Below, piece by piece: positions 18,366 to 27,855 of a DNA stretch of 64,000 nucleotides. Both the position numbers and the translations under genes were made by a program. Source of the DNA: a virus (Duplodnaviria > Caudoviricetes); the IMG/VR virus record IMGVR_UViG_3300009108_000480; one strand, 5' to 3'. The stretch's first letter is position 1. Every line of letters begins with the position of its first letter. The notes under the pieces were generated by a model. That model was given only the letters and a program-made list of their open reading frames with translations. It did not search any database and was not told the origin of the DNA.

Positions 18366-19253
18366 ATGGAGAAAATTAGGTACTCTGAAATATTTAGAAG
18401 CATACAAGGTGAGGGTCGTTTTGCAGGCGTACCAAGTGTATTTTTTAGAACATTTGGTTGTAATTTTCACTGTCATGGATTTGGACAAGGCAGAGATAAA
18501 AGCAAATGGCTTAAACCAGAAGAAATGCCATATGCTACAATGGATCTTACAAATATTAAACACGTTAAAGACTTACCAGTAGTAGACATTGGTTGTGATG
18601 CTAGTGCCAGTTGGGCGGCAAGATACAAACATCTTGTAGATTGGGATCCGGTTGATGTTATTGCTAAAAAAATATTAAGTCATACACCAGAAGGCAAGTG
18701 GATTTCTTCTACCGGACAAGACATACATCTTGTTATAACAGGTGGCGAACCCTTAATGTGGCAAAGACAATTAGAAGCATTAATAAGACAACCTGAATTT
18801 CGTTTCATAAAAAATATTACATTTGAAACTAATTGTACACAACCATGGAAAGATAATTTTGACAAATTTATGCACGGTTTAACTGCTGGTGATTATACAA
18901 AACATCCAGTTCACGTAACTTGGTCTACATCACCTAAACTATCTATATCAGGAGAGCATTGGGCAAAAGCAATACGTCCTGAAGTTGCTTACCAATATTC
19001 ACAAATACCAAACACACATTTATACTTTAAATTTGTGGTAATGGATGAACAAGATATAGAAGAAGTTGATTTAGCAAGAAAGGCTTTTTCTGACAAAGGA
19101 ATAGAAGCTGACATATATCTTATGCCACTAGGAGCAACGTTAGAAGGACAGGCAAAAACTGGTAGACAAGTAGCGGAAATTTGTTTAAAATATGGATATA
19201 AGTTTTCGCCAAGATTACACGTAGATTTGTTTGGTAATAAATGGGGAACTTAA
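18366..19253 (+). CDS. queE: 7-carboxy-7-deazaguanine synthase (radical SAM)
   Basis: EIFRSIQGEG, VFFRTFGCNFHC...GCD, VITGGEP, FETN, SPKLS, FKFVV, YLMP, SPRLHVDLFG. Confidence 0.93.
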   Translation: MEKIRYSEIFRSIQGEGRFAGVPSVFFRTFGCNFHCHGFGQGRDKSKWLKPEEMPYATMDLTNIKHVKDLPVVDIGCDASASWAARYKHLVDWDPVDVIAKKILSHTPEGKWISSTGQDIHLVITGGEPLMWQRQLEALIRQPEFRFIKNITFETNCTQPWKDNFDKFMHGLTAGDYTKHPVHVTWSTSPKLSISGEHWAKAIRPEVAYQYSQIPNTHLYFKFVVMDEQDIEEVDLARKAFSDKGIEADIYLMPLGATLEGQAKTGRQVAEICLKYGYKFSPRLHVDLFGNKWGT

Positions 19254-19266
19254 CAAGGAGAATAAC

Positions 19267-19317
19267 ATGGAAATTATAATAGTAGTAGCAGTAGTTTTAT
19301 TATTAGGTATATTTTAA
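19267..19317 (+). CDS. 16-aa hydrophobic micro-peptide (absent from ORF track)
   Basis: MEIIIVVAVVLLLGIF*. SD AAGGAG 6 nt upstream; stop is 2 nt before the next ATG. Confidence 0.5.
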   Translation: MEIIIVVAVVLLLGIF

Positions 19318-19319
19318 TA

Positions 19320-19640
19320 ATGAAAATAAAAAAGACAACAAAATCAAAAGCTAAGAAAACTAAAACTCAAGGCAAAAGCGAGGAACCTTGGGTTAAGGTT
19401 CTAAACATGAATGTTAATCCAGAAAATCCAAGAAATGGTTTTTTTGAATTGGATTGGAATAAAGAATTTGTCAATAATTTACAACAACATGGATATCAAG
19501 GGGATAGCGAAGAACAAATAGTCGACAAATGGTTTCAAACTCTCTGTAGAACAATCGGCAACGAACAAGGTATTGATGTTTCAGGATCTGGTTATGTTCA
19601 AATAAACAGAAGAGACGACGGAAAAACGGAAGTTTCTTAA
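19320..19640 (+). CDS. Phage hypothetical protein
   Basis: Good ORF, 'EPWVKVLNMNVNPENPRNGFFELDWN'. Confidence 0.75.
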   Translation: MKIKKTTKSKAKKTKTQGKSEEPWVKVLNMNVNPENPRNGFFELDWNKEFVNNLQQHGYQGDSEEQIVDKWFQTLCRTIGNEQGIDVSGSGYVQINRRDDGKTEVS

Positions 19641-19642
19641 AC

Positions 19643-20629
19643 ATGACTCATATATTAATAGACACGGCAAATACTTTTTTCCGTGCTAGGCACGTTATTC
19701 GTGGTGATACTAGCGAGAAAATAGGTATGGCTATTCATATTACTATGAATTCTATTAAAAAAGCATGGGCAGATTTTAATGGTTCTCATCTTATATTTTG
19801 TTTAGAAGGACGTAGTTGGCGTAAGGATCATTACGCACCTTATAAAAGAAATAGAAAAGAAACATTTGAAGCAATGAGTGATAAAGAAAAAGAAGAAAAT
19901 AAAATATTTTGGGAGTGCTATGATGACCTTACTAATTTTATTAAAACAAAAACAAATGCAACAGTATTACAAAACTCACGTGCCGAAGCAGACGATTTAA
20001 TTGCACGTTGGATAGATAAACATCCAAACGATAAACACGTTATTTTAAGCACTGATAAAGATTTAAATCAACTTGTAAAAGAAAATGTTAAACAATACAA
20101 TGGGATTACAGAAACAACTATTACACACAAAGGATGGTTTGACAACAAAGGCAACAAAATAATAGATAAAAAAACTGAATTACCTAAAGATGCACCGGAT
20201 ATAGAATGGATAATATTTGAAAAATCTATGAGGGGTGATCCTTCCGATAATATTTTTAGTGCATATCCGGGTGTAAGAACAAAAGGTACTAAAAACAAAA
20301 TAGGATTAAAAGAAGCATTTGGAGATAGACAAGCAAAAGGTTATACATGGAATAATTTAATGCTAACAAAATGGGTAGATCATGAAGGAAAAGAACACAG
20401 AGTTATGGACGATTATGAAAGAAATAAATTATTAGTTGATTTACACGCACAACCAGAAGCTATTGTAGAAGAACTTGATCAAACGATTGCACAGGCTAAG
20501 GCAGAAAATAAAAGTGTAGAACAAGTTGGAATCAGATTCATGAGGTTCTGTGCCAAGTATGATTTAAATAAAATTAGTGAACAGGCTCAATTGTATGTGG
20601 AGCCATTTAATGCGAGGTTAAGTGCATGA
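19643..20629 (+). CDS. rnh: RNase H / 5'-3' exonuclease (T4 RNase H, FEN-like)
   Basis: LIDTAN, EGRSWRK, EADDLIA, STDKDL, RGDPSDNI. Confidence 0.9.
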   Translation: MTHILIDTANTFFRARHVIRGDTSEKIGMAIHITMNSIKKAWADFNGSHLIFCLEGRSWRKDHYAPYKRNRKETFEAMSDKEKEENKIFWECYDDLTNFIKTKTNATVLQNSRAEADDLIARWIDKHPNDKHVILSTDKDLNQLVKENVKQYNGITETTITHKGWFDNKGNKIIDKKTELPKDAPDIEWIIFEKSMRGDPSDNIFSAYPGVRTKGTKNKIGLKEAFGDRQAKGYTWNNLMLTKWVDHEGKEHRVMDDYERNKLLVDLHAQPEAIVEELDQTIAQAKAENKSVEQVGIRFMRFCAKYDLNKISEQAQLYVEPFNARLSA

Positions 20630-21156
20630 CAGTAAGAGCGAAAACACTTGTTAAAGATAAATTTTGGATAGTTGAGCAAAACGGCCAAAAATTAGGAACC
20701 CTGCAAAAAAAAGAAGATGATGGTTGGATCTTCTTAAGCAAACAAGATAAAAGACAAGTTTATCATACACAAGAAAGCCTGTTCACAAAGTTTGGATTTA
20801 ATATTTTTGAAAACAATCAATCTGTACCTAAAGAAATAAAAGAACAAGAAAAATTTGTAAACAAATGGGACGTAAAACACGCAGAAAACTTTGAGGTTCA
20901 CGGATATCCTTGTTCACAAAAACCTTATAATCCATTATGGAACGTACAAAAAGGATTACCTTTATATACAAAAACACCTAAATCTAAAAGTATGTTTTGT
21001 GCAGGCTATTATATTGTAAAATTTGAAACTGTAAATTGGCGTAAAGCATATTGTCCAAAAATAATTACATTACAACGATATCCTTACAAAGGACCAATTA
21101 AATCAAAAACAGAAATGGTTGCACAATTAAATGAAGCACTCAAAAATTCAGACTAA
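20626..21156 (+). CDS. Hypothetical protein
   Basis: ATGA-coupled to rnh. Confidence 0.75.
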   Translation: MTVRAKTLVKDKFWIVEQNGQKLGTLQKKEDDGWIFLSKQDKRQVYHTQESLFTKFGFNIFENNQSVPKEIKEQEKFVNKWDVKHAENFEVHGYPCSQKPYNPLWNVQKGLPLYTKTPKSKSMFCAGYYIVKFETVNWRKAYCPKIITLQRYPYKGPIKSKTEMVAQLNEALKNSD

Positions 21157-21382
21157 ACCAATTGAAAATTTACTAGGTAGAATACGTACTCTACGTCAAA
21201 AGGGAACCAGTGATATTCGTATAACTGCTCGAGAGGCTGATCAATTAGCAGATTCCTTAACACAAGTAATGACTAGACTTGTTACAATACAAGAAGAAAT
21301 AATTGAAGCATTAAAAACTGCTCAAGAGGCCAAAACTATCAATATCGAAATGGATGGTGGTACCTTTGATAGCAAAAAATAA
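21131..21382 (+). CDS. Hypothetical protein
   Basis: ORF in operon context. Confidence 0.7.
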   Translation: MKHSKIQTKPIENLLGRIRTLRQKGTSDIRITAREADQLADSLTQVMTRLVTIQEEIIEALKTAQEAKTINIEMDGGTFDSKK

Positions 21383-21905
21383 AAAAATTACAATAATAAA
21401 ACCTACTGCTTTATACAAGTGGGCAAAAAATTTTAAAAGAATTCAAGATAAATTCTACGACAACAAATATAAATTAAGAAGATTACAACAAATTGAAGAT
21501 TTTATTACTTTAAATAATTATAAACAAATACATCATATTGAAGAAGTACATTTAGATATTAATATTCCAACTGTAAAATTTGTAGACAATATTAAACAAG
21601 CAGAACTATTACTGGTCACACACCAAGGATACTCAAGATACCCTTGTACGGGCATTATAGAGCAAATAAACACCTGGTTAAACAACTGTGATAACATTTA
21701 TTTGTGTTTAAACAGACATTATCTTAACATTGATAACAAAAAAATACCCTTAAAACTACCTACTGACTACCAACAAGCAATAACAAGTTGGCTAAAACAA
21801 TCATTGCCAAACAATACAGTTGTAGATTTAAGCAAAAACTATACTGACTATGGTTTAAATTTTACTTGGAGTGTTCCTGATCGACATTACTTTATAAGCA
21901 AATGA
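21354..21905 (+). CDS. Hypothetical protein (accessory)
   Basis: 183-aa ORF, very AT-rich. Start uncertain. Confidence 0.6.
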   Translation: MVVPLIAKNKKITIIKPTALYKWAKNFKRIQDKFYDNKYKLRRLQQIEDFITLNNYKQIHHIEEVHLDINIPTVKFVDNIKQAELLLVTHQGYSRYPCTGIIEQINTWLNNCDNIYLCLNRHYLNIDNKKIPLKLPTDYQQAITSWLKQSLPNNTVVDLSKNYTDYGLNFTWSVPDRHYFISK

Positions 21906-22579
21906 AAAAATTAATAGAACATTTTACTGATTATCCTATGATTAATACTGATCAACACAATTATAGAAGATATCGTATGGGTAGACTTAAACATGAATTA
22001 TGGTTAAGAAATCGTAAAAACAAAAACAAAATAATAATAGATGAATATGACAAATTTATTATTGATAAATTACAAAAAGGCAAAACTTGTATATTTGGTA
22101 GTGCTGGATATTACTTAGAAGAACTAATTCCTAATCTTACAGTTATCGAACAATGGCCAATTGTCAAAACATTTTATCCAAAAGCACAAATAATAAATGA
22201 CAGGTCTGAAATAGCAAAAATTAACGGTAGAATATTTGATAATTTTATTGTCATAAACAATAGAGGAGATATTTGGTGTGAACTTTCGGTTGTTGAGAAC
22301 CATATTTCTAAATATGTAAAAGCTATGAAACCTAATTGTTTATTTTTTTATAGTTTTAGAGACACACAAATTGTTGACTGGAATCGTTTAACTATTGATC
22401 ATAAAGTATACTTTGAAACTTTTGCAAAACATATTGAAAAAACATATAACCTAAAATTACTATGGAAAAATATTAAATTCATAACTAAAATAAAAGATGG
22501 AAATGGCAATTATGATATACTTGAAAATCCAGATACAACAAACGGCAACATAAAGTTTTTATTCCAATACAATGCATAA
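21902..22579 (+). CDS. Hypothetical protein, possibly a degenerate Rossmann/methyltransferase fold
   Basis: 'TCIFGSAGYY', 'FDNFIVIN', 'LFFYSFR'. Confidence 0.55.
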   Translation: MKKLIEHFTDYPMINTDQHNYRRYRMGRLKHELWLRNRKNKNKIIIDEYDKFIIDKLQKGKTCIFGSAGYYLEELIPNLTVIEQWPIVKTFYPKAQIINDRSEIAKINGRIFDNFIVINNRGDIWCELSVVENHISKYVKAMKPNCLFFYSFRDTQIVDWNRLTIDHKVYFETFAKHIEKTYNLKLLWKNIKFITKIKDGNGNYDILENPDTTNGNIKFLFQYNA

Positions 22580-23153
22580 TATAATTTTATTTCGTGGTGG
22601 TATGTGTGGTGATTTAATACTAGGTATGATTAACAAAGATTACCTACATACACATGGACCAACTGAAATTGAGGATTCTGTTTGCAACCAATATAAAATT
22701 AAAACAGATCGTCAAATAATGAAGAAATTTTTTAGATATTCTAATGAAGAAAAAGAAGAATACTTTAAAAAATTTGAAAATAATGACTCCGAATATACAT
22801 TGTCACACGATACAGATTTTTGCCTTACAAAAAAGAAAAATACCATACAAATTATTTGTTCAGATAGCTCTATGTTTCAAAAATGTGCTACCCGTTTTGA
22901 AAAAAAACATCGTGACATAGTAATTGAAGAAGCAAAAAAATATATTGAAAATACTGCCAACACATTCGTTGAAAATTATGCGAACAGTTTACAACAATGG
23001 CAAGATACTTTTAAATTTTCTAATACATTTGACATTAAAAACATCGGTACAAGTCAATTTCCTGACGACGTGTTTAATAACTTTCAAATCAAAGACAAAA
23101 CCTGGTCGTTGCAAATTTATAACACATGGTTGAATAAGCCTATAAATCTTTAA
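22572..23153 (+). CDS. Hypothetical protein (sulfotransferase-like N-terminal loop)
   Basis: 'IILFRGGMCGDLILGMI'. Confidence 0.55.
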   Translation: MHNIILFRGGMCGDLILGMINKDYLHTHGPTEIEDSVCNQYKIKTDRQIMKKFFRYSNEEKEEYFKKFENNDSEYTLSHDTDFCLTKKKNTIQIICSDSSMFQKCATRFEKKHRDIVIEEAKKYIENTANTFVENYANSLQQWQDTFKFSNTFDIKNIGTSQFPDDVFNNFQIKDKTWSLQIYNTWLNKPINL

Positions 23154-23206
23154 CTAACTTTTGTTTTTCGTCCATTAATAGTTTCTGGTAAATACAACTA
23201 GTAATT

Positions 23207-23494
23207 ATGAGCAGACCGAAACCAACAGTCTTACTTCAGTACTCCAATAAGGAAACATATAAATTGGACGAAGTTCTTGCGGCAGAAGGTATATGGGCCG
23301 TGTTTTATGACGGTAAACCTATTAATTTAAAATCATCTAGTTTGGTTGCTAATTACCCAGGACCTAAGTACAAAAAAGTTTCATTTTCAAATCCAGGACA
23401 CGCAGAAAACTTGGTTAAAAAACTTAATACCATGCATAAGACAGACAAGTTTGCGGTGTATCTTTTAAAAACAGGCGACAAATTCACTAGATAA
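23207..23494 (+). CDS. Phage hypothetical protein
   Basis: Good ORF. TAAATA at 23189-23194. Confidence 0.75.
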   Translation: MSRPKPTVLLQYSNKETYKLDEVLAAEGIWAVFYDGKPINLKSSSLVANYPGPKYKKVSFSNPGHAENLVKKLNTMHKTDKFAVYLLKTGDKFTR

Positions 23495-23502
23495 TTAAGT
23501 GT

Positions 23503-23898
23503 ATGGACGTAAAGACGGCATACACTCGAACCTTCCTAATGCTCAAGGAAGAACCGTTGCACGAAGAAAGTATTAAGACTGCATACTTCACTTGGTGGCA
23601 AAATGTCCGTGAATCTTACCAAGCACGTTCATTAAGACTTACAAAAATAGGCTATGAATGGATACAATCCTTAGATATTAAAGTTTACGAAATTAAATTT
23701 CCAGCAAAAATTATATTCACTCCACAAACCTTTCTTTGGTTGGATGAATTCGTGGATTGTCCGTATTATGTAGATAAAAAACAAATAGTAGTAACCATGG
23801 AAAAAATGGCATTACAGCTCATGATGTTTGCTGGAGATGTCACAAAATACGGGTTAGCACGGGCAATGAGCAAGGCAGATGAGCAAAAAACCCAATAA
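23503..23898 (+). CDS. Phage hypothetical protein
   Basis: 131-aa ORF in operon context. Confidence 0.75.
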   Translation: MDVKTAYTRTFLMLKEEPLHEESIKTAYFTWWQNVRESYQARSLRLTKIGYEWIQSLDIKVYEIKFPAKIIFTPQTFLWLDEFVDCPYYVDKKQIVVTMEKMALQLMMFAGDVTKYGLARAMSKADEQKTQ

Positions 23899-23928
23899 AA
23901 TAGCGACTTTTTAGCCATAATTACCAGG

Positions 23929-23956
23929 TTGACGCATTATAATAGTATGTTATTAT
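23929..23956 (+). promoter_or_regulatory. Probable sigma70 promoter of the MoxR-vWA operon
   Basis: TTGACG(23929-23934)-16 nt-TATTAT, preceded by TGn. SD GAGGAG before ATG 23993. Confidence 0.5.
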
Positions 23957-23992
23957 AGTATTATAACAATTAAACGAGGAGCTATAGACAAA

Positions 23993-25099
23993 ATGGCAAG
24001 AGCAAAACAAACAGATAAACAAGCAGTAGGATCACAAAATAGAACGGTTACGCCTAATGAAGCGAAACTGGCACTAGAACACTGCATTAAATTACAAAGA
24101 CCAATAATGATGTGGGGAGCACCAGGTATTGGTAAATCAGACATAGTTAAACAAATTGCAGATTCTCAAAAAAGAGAAGTTATTGATATTAGACTTCCTT
24201 TATGGGAACCAACAGATATTAAGGGTATTCCTTATTATAACGCAAAAGAAAATAATATGGTATGGGCCGCACCGGCTGAATTACCAGTAGATGTAAAATC
24301 AACATCAATTATTTTCTTAGATGAATTAAATTCGGCGGCACCGGCAGTACAGGCGGCGGCGTACCAACTTATATTAAACAGAAGAGTTGGACAATATAAA
24401 CTGCCCGACGGTGTTTCAATTGTAGCGGCTGGTAACAGAGATGCTGACAAAGGTGTCACTTACAGAATGCCGGCTCCATTAGCCAACAGATTTGTTCACA
24501 TAGAATTAAGAGTAGACTACGACGACTGGATGGAATGGGCAACATTTAATCATATTCATCCTGATGTTGTAGGTTATGTGACATTTGCAAAACAAGATTT
24601 ATATGATTTTGATCCAAAAGGATCATCAAGATCTTTCGCAACTCCAAGATCATGGAGTTTCGTATCACAACTTCTATCAGATGACCTGCCAGAAAGTACG
24701 CTCACTGACCTCGTTGCAGGCGCAGTAGGAGAAGGATTGGCCGTTAAGTTTATGAATCACCGTAAGGTGAGCGGCCAACTTCCTAATCCATCTGATATAT
24801 TGAGCGGTAAAGTTAAAGATTTAAAATGCAAAGAAATATCAGCGATGTATTCTTTAACTGTTTCATTGTGTTATGAATTACAACAAGCACATGAAAAGAA
24901 AACAAAAAACTGGAACGAACAAGCAGACAGATTCTTTCACTACATGATGGACAACTTTGAAACAGAGTTAGTTGTTATGGGTGCCAAGATTGCTTTGACA
25001 AACTATAAACTTCCGTTCGATCCTAGCAAACTAAAATCTTTTGATAGGTTCCATAAGAAGTTTGGCAAATATGTCATAACTGCTATGGAGTCTAAATGA
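23993..25099 (+). CDS. MoxR-like AAA+ ATPase
   Basis: Walker A WGAPGIGKS, Walker B IFLDELN, 'AAGNR', 'LANRF', 'TPRSW'. Confidence 0.92.
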   Translation: MARAKQTDKQAVGSQNRTVTPNEAKLALEHCIKLQRPIMMWGAPGIGKSDIVKQIADSQKREVIDIRLPLWEPTDIKGIPYYNAKENNMVWAAPAELPVDVKSTSIIFLDELNSAAPAVQAAAYQLILNRRVGQYKLPDGVSIVAAGNRDADKGVTYRMPAPLANRFVHIELRVDYDDWMEWATFNHIHPDVVGYVTFAKQDLYDFDPKGSSRSFATPRSWSFVSQLLSDDLPESTLTDLVAGAVGEGLAVKFMNHRKVSGQLPNPSDILSGKVKDLKCKEISAMYSLTVSLCYELQQAHEKKTKNWNEQADRFFHYMMDNFETELVVMGAKIALTNYKLPFDPSKLKSFDRFHKKFGKYVITAMESK

Positions 25100-26319
25100 C
25101 CGCAACAGATCAACAAATTGTAGACAAACTAGTTACCGCAAGGATTGCCTTACTTTTAAAACATCCGTTTTTTGGCAACCTTGCAACTAGATTAAAATTA
25201 GTTAACGCAGATAATTGGATACCAACTGCTGGTACTGATGGCAGAAATTTTTATTACAATACTAAATTTATAGATAAACTTACACCAAAACAAGCAGAGT
25301 TTTTATTTGGTCACGAAGTTCTACATAATGTATTTGAACATATGTTAGTTAGACAAGGTAATAGGCAACCAACATTATGGAATATTGCGGCGGATTATGC
25401 CGTTAATCAAATACTTGTTGAAAGCAAAATTGGTGAGATGCCAACAGGTAGTAATAAAGGTTTTCAGGATGACAAATATAAAGATTGGCCTGCAGAAAAA
25501 ATATATGATGAATTATATAAAACTGCAAAAAAGAATGGTAAAAAAGTAATAGAAAAATTAGGTAAACTTATTGATGAACATATCGATTGGGACAAAGGTC
25601 TAGGAAAGAATGGAAAAGGAAAAGATAAAAAAGATGGAAAAGGACAACCTGTTTATACAAAAGACGAATTAAAGAAAATTAGAGATGAAGTTAAAGAAGC
25701 AATGATAAGTGCCGCACAAAGTACAGGTGCAGGTAGCTTACCTGGTGCAATACAAAAAATGGTTGCTGAATTAACAGAACCAAAAATGGATTGGAGAGAA
25801 ATAATCCAACAACAAATTTTAAGTACAATGAAATCGGATTATACTTGGATGAGACCTAGTAGAAAAGCATGGCATACATCTGCTATACTACCAGGACAAA
25901 ACAATGATCAAATGATTGATATATGTTTGGCTATTGATGCTTCTGGTTCAATATCAGACCAACAATGCAAAGAATTTTTAACAGAAGTTAAAAACATAAT
26001 GGATCAATATAAAGACTTTAGAATACATCTTTGGACATTTGATACCAAAGTATTCAATCCAAAAGTGTTTACACCCGATAATGCACAAGAACTATTAGAC
26101 TATAAATTAGGTTCAGGTGGTGGTACAGAGTTTGAATGTAATTGGGATTATATGAAAGAACAAGGTATTGTACCTAAGAAATTTATAATGTTTACAGATG
26201 GCTGGCCTTTTGATAGCTGGGGAGATGAAAATTATTGCGATACTATATTTCTAATTAATAACGAATACGACAGAAACATAGAAGCACCATTTGGAATGAC
26301 GGTGCAATATGAAGATTAA
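25096..26319 (+). CDS. Metallopeptidase-like (HExxH) plus vWA-domain protein (DUF2201 type)
   Basis: 'TAGTDG', HEVLH, 'WNIAADYAVN', MIDAS-type DASGS, GGGTEF, MFTDG. Confidence 0.9.
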   Translation: MTATDQQIVDKLVTARIALLLKHPFFGNLATRLKLVNADNWIPTAGTDGRNFYYNTKFIDKLTPKQAEFLFGHEVLHNVFEHMLVRQGNRQPTLWNIAADYAVNQILVESKIGEMPTGSNKGFQDDKYKDWPAEKIYDELYKTAKKNGKKVIEKLGKLIDEHIDWDKGLGKNGKGKDKKDGKGQPVYTKDELKKIRDEVKEAMISAAQSTGAGSLPGAIQKMVAELTEPKMDWREIIQQQILSTMKSDYTWMRPSRKAWHTSAILPGQNNDQMIDICLAIDASGSISDQQCKEFLTEVKNIMDQYKDFRIHLWTFDTKVFNPKVFTPDNAQELLDYKLGSGGGTEFECNWDYMKEQGIVPKKFIMFTDGWPFDSWGDENYCDTIFLINNEYDRNIEAPFGMTVQYED

Positions 26320-26575
26320 TCCAAAAAACTTTTACCAAAGAGAACTAGATATATTACCACCACATTTTGTTAATACTGTGGTAAGAGCTTCAGATAATGA
26401 CATTCACAAAATGAGAACTTGGATATATGAACATTGTTCAGGTCGGTATTCAATTACCAAAGACGTAATATTTGACAAAGACAAATCTAAATCTGTTACA
26501 GTACTTGGTTTTGAAGATCCAGGAGACCTTATTCTATTCTCTTTGAGTGGAATGACTCAAATACCCCAAAATTAA
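26309..26575 (+). CDS. Hypothetical protein
   Basis: ORF overlapping the vWA gene end. Confidence 0.7.
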   Translation: MKINPKNFYQRELDILPPHFVNTVVRASDNDIHKMRTWIYEHCSGRYSITKDVIFDKDKSKSVTVLGFEDPGDLILFSLSGMTQIPQN

Positions 26576-26578
26576 CTG

Positions 26579-26625
26579 TTGCTTTATATAATTAATATTA
26601 GTATAATATGCGTATATATTAAATA
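26579..26625 (+). promoter_or_regulatory. Tandem sigma70 and late-type promoter boxes
   Basis: TTGCTT(26579-26584)-17 nt-TATAAT(26602-26607), then TAAATA(26620-26625). SD AGGAG before 26653. Confidence 0.6.
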
Positions 26626-26652
26626 CTAATTGCAATTAGGAGAAAAAAATAA

Positions 26653-26991
26653 ATGGCAACAAAGAAAAGTAAACTAAAAAAAGCATCCAAGACTACTACG
26701 GCACAACCAACTGTGGCGGCTGGTGCTTTACCTCAGCCTGATCCTAGTGCTTTATCAATTGGTGACTTAAAAAACTTGACAGCTATATTAGATGTAGCTT
26801 CAAGCAGAGGTGCATTTAGAGCCAGTGAAATGGCAGGTGTAGGATTAATGTATAATAAACTTCAAGCATTTTTGGCTAAGGTAGCACCACCTGAACCTAA
26901 AAAAGAAGGAACACCTACAACCGGAACGGCACCAACACAAACACCAACACAAACACAAGCACCAGTATCAAAAGGTATAGGGGAGATATAA
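26653..26991 (+). CDS. Hypothetical protein with low-complexity P/T/Q tail
   Basis: Strong SD. Core 'DVASSRGAFRASEM..VG.MYNKL..FL'. Confidence 0.8.
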   Translation: MATKKSKLKKASKTTTAQPTVAAGALPQPDPSALSIGDLKNLTAILDVASSRGAFRASEMAGVGLMYNKLQAFLAKVAPPEPKKEGTPTTGTAPTQTPTQTQAPVSKGIGEI

Positions 26992-27000
26992 GGAGAAAAT

Positions 27001-27537
27001 ATGGCAAAATTAATGAACATAAACGAAACAGTGATGCCATTGGGTCCTGGTACAGGAGCAACAGGAGGTCAAGCCGATGGACCACGAAGACATTTTAAAC
27101 ATATTGGAGAACTTAAAGATGGTGGAGCAAAAGTAGTAATTGTTTATAGAACTGTACCAAATGAACCAAATAACTGTTTAGTAGTAGGTACAAAGTTTTT
27201 ACCTAATGTATATCATGATTCACTAATGAAAGCAGTAGAATCCGATGGTGGACAAGCAGAAAAAGAATTTGGTGTTTTTCTGTCTAGACAAACATTTCCA
27301 GATGGAACTAATATGTTGCAACTATTACACAACGACAACTATATCAAAAAGTTTGCAACTAAAGATATTATTGTAACTTTTGGTGCAACTGCAGATGGAA
27401 GAATAGCACTTGATAAACTAAACACCCAAATTGCAAAAGATCTGGGTGTAAAAGTGTCTGAATTGGCAGTAGCTGATGATACACCGATGGCAGAGACAAT
27501 AACCAAAACGTCTGATGCCAAAAAAACCAAAAAATAA
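27001..27537 (+). CDS. Hypothetical protein
   Basis: SD AAGGAG. Confidence 0.8.
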   Translation: MAKLMNINETVMPLGPGTGATGGQADGPRRHFKHIGELKDGGAKVVIVYRTVPNEPNNCLVVGTKFLPNVYHDSLMKAVESDGGQAEKEFGVFLSRQTFPDGTNMLQLLHNDNYIKKFATKDIIVTFGATADGRIALDKLNTQIAKDLGVKVSELAVADDTPMAETITKTSDAKKTKK

Positions 27538-27850
27538 ATCCTGGATATCGTTAACTAAAGGTTTTGTAAAAGGGTGGCCTGAAGTATTAGAAGGTCTCTC
27601 TTTTACAAATATGCCTGTAAAGTATCTAATATACGTTAATATACTTCTTAAAAACAATCTTACAATACATTACGATGTTGAAAAAGAACTAAAAACTAAA
27701 AAACAAGATCGTATCGCTAGTTTTTTAAAAGATACTATAGAAAAAAATTATTTTAAAATAAAAACAGTTGATTTAAAATTTAATATTCCACTGTTAAAAC
27801 AAGATATAGAATCAAAAACTTCTTCTGTACTTGGTAAAACATTTAAATAA
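27515..27850 (+). CDS. Hypothetical protein
   Basis: ORF in operon context. Confidence 0.65.
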   Translation: MPKKPKNKSWISLTKGFVKGWPEVLEGLSFTNMPVKYLIYVNILLKNNLTIHYDVEKELKTKKQDRIASFLKDTIEKNYFKIKTVDLKFNIPLLKQDIESKTSSVLGKTFK

Positions 27851-27855
27851 TTTGA

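Noticed and set aside
26925-26962. Short tandem repeat accaacacaa
   Set aside because: It only encodes a PTQTPTQTQ low-complexity linker; too short for a functional array.
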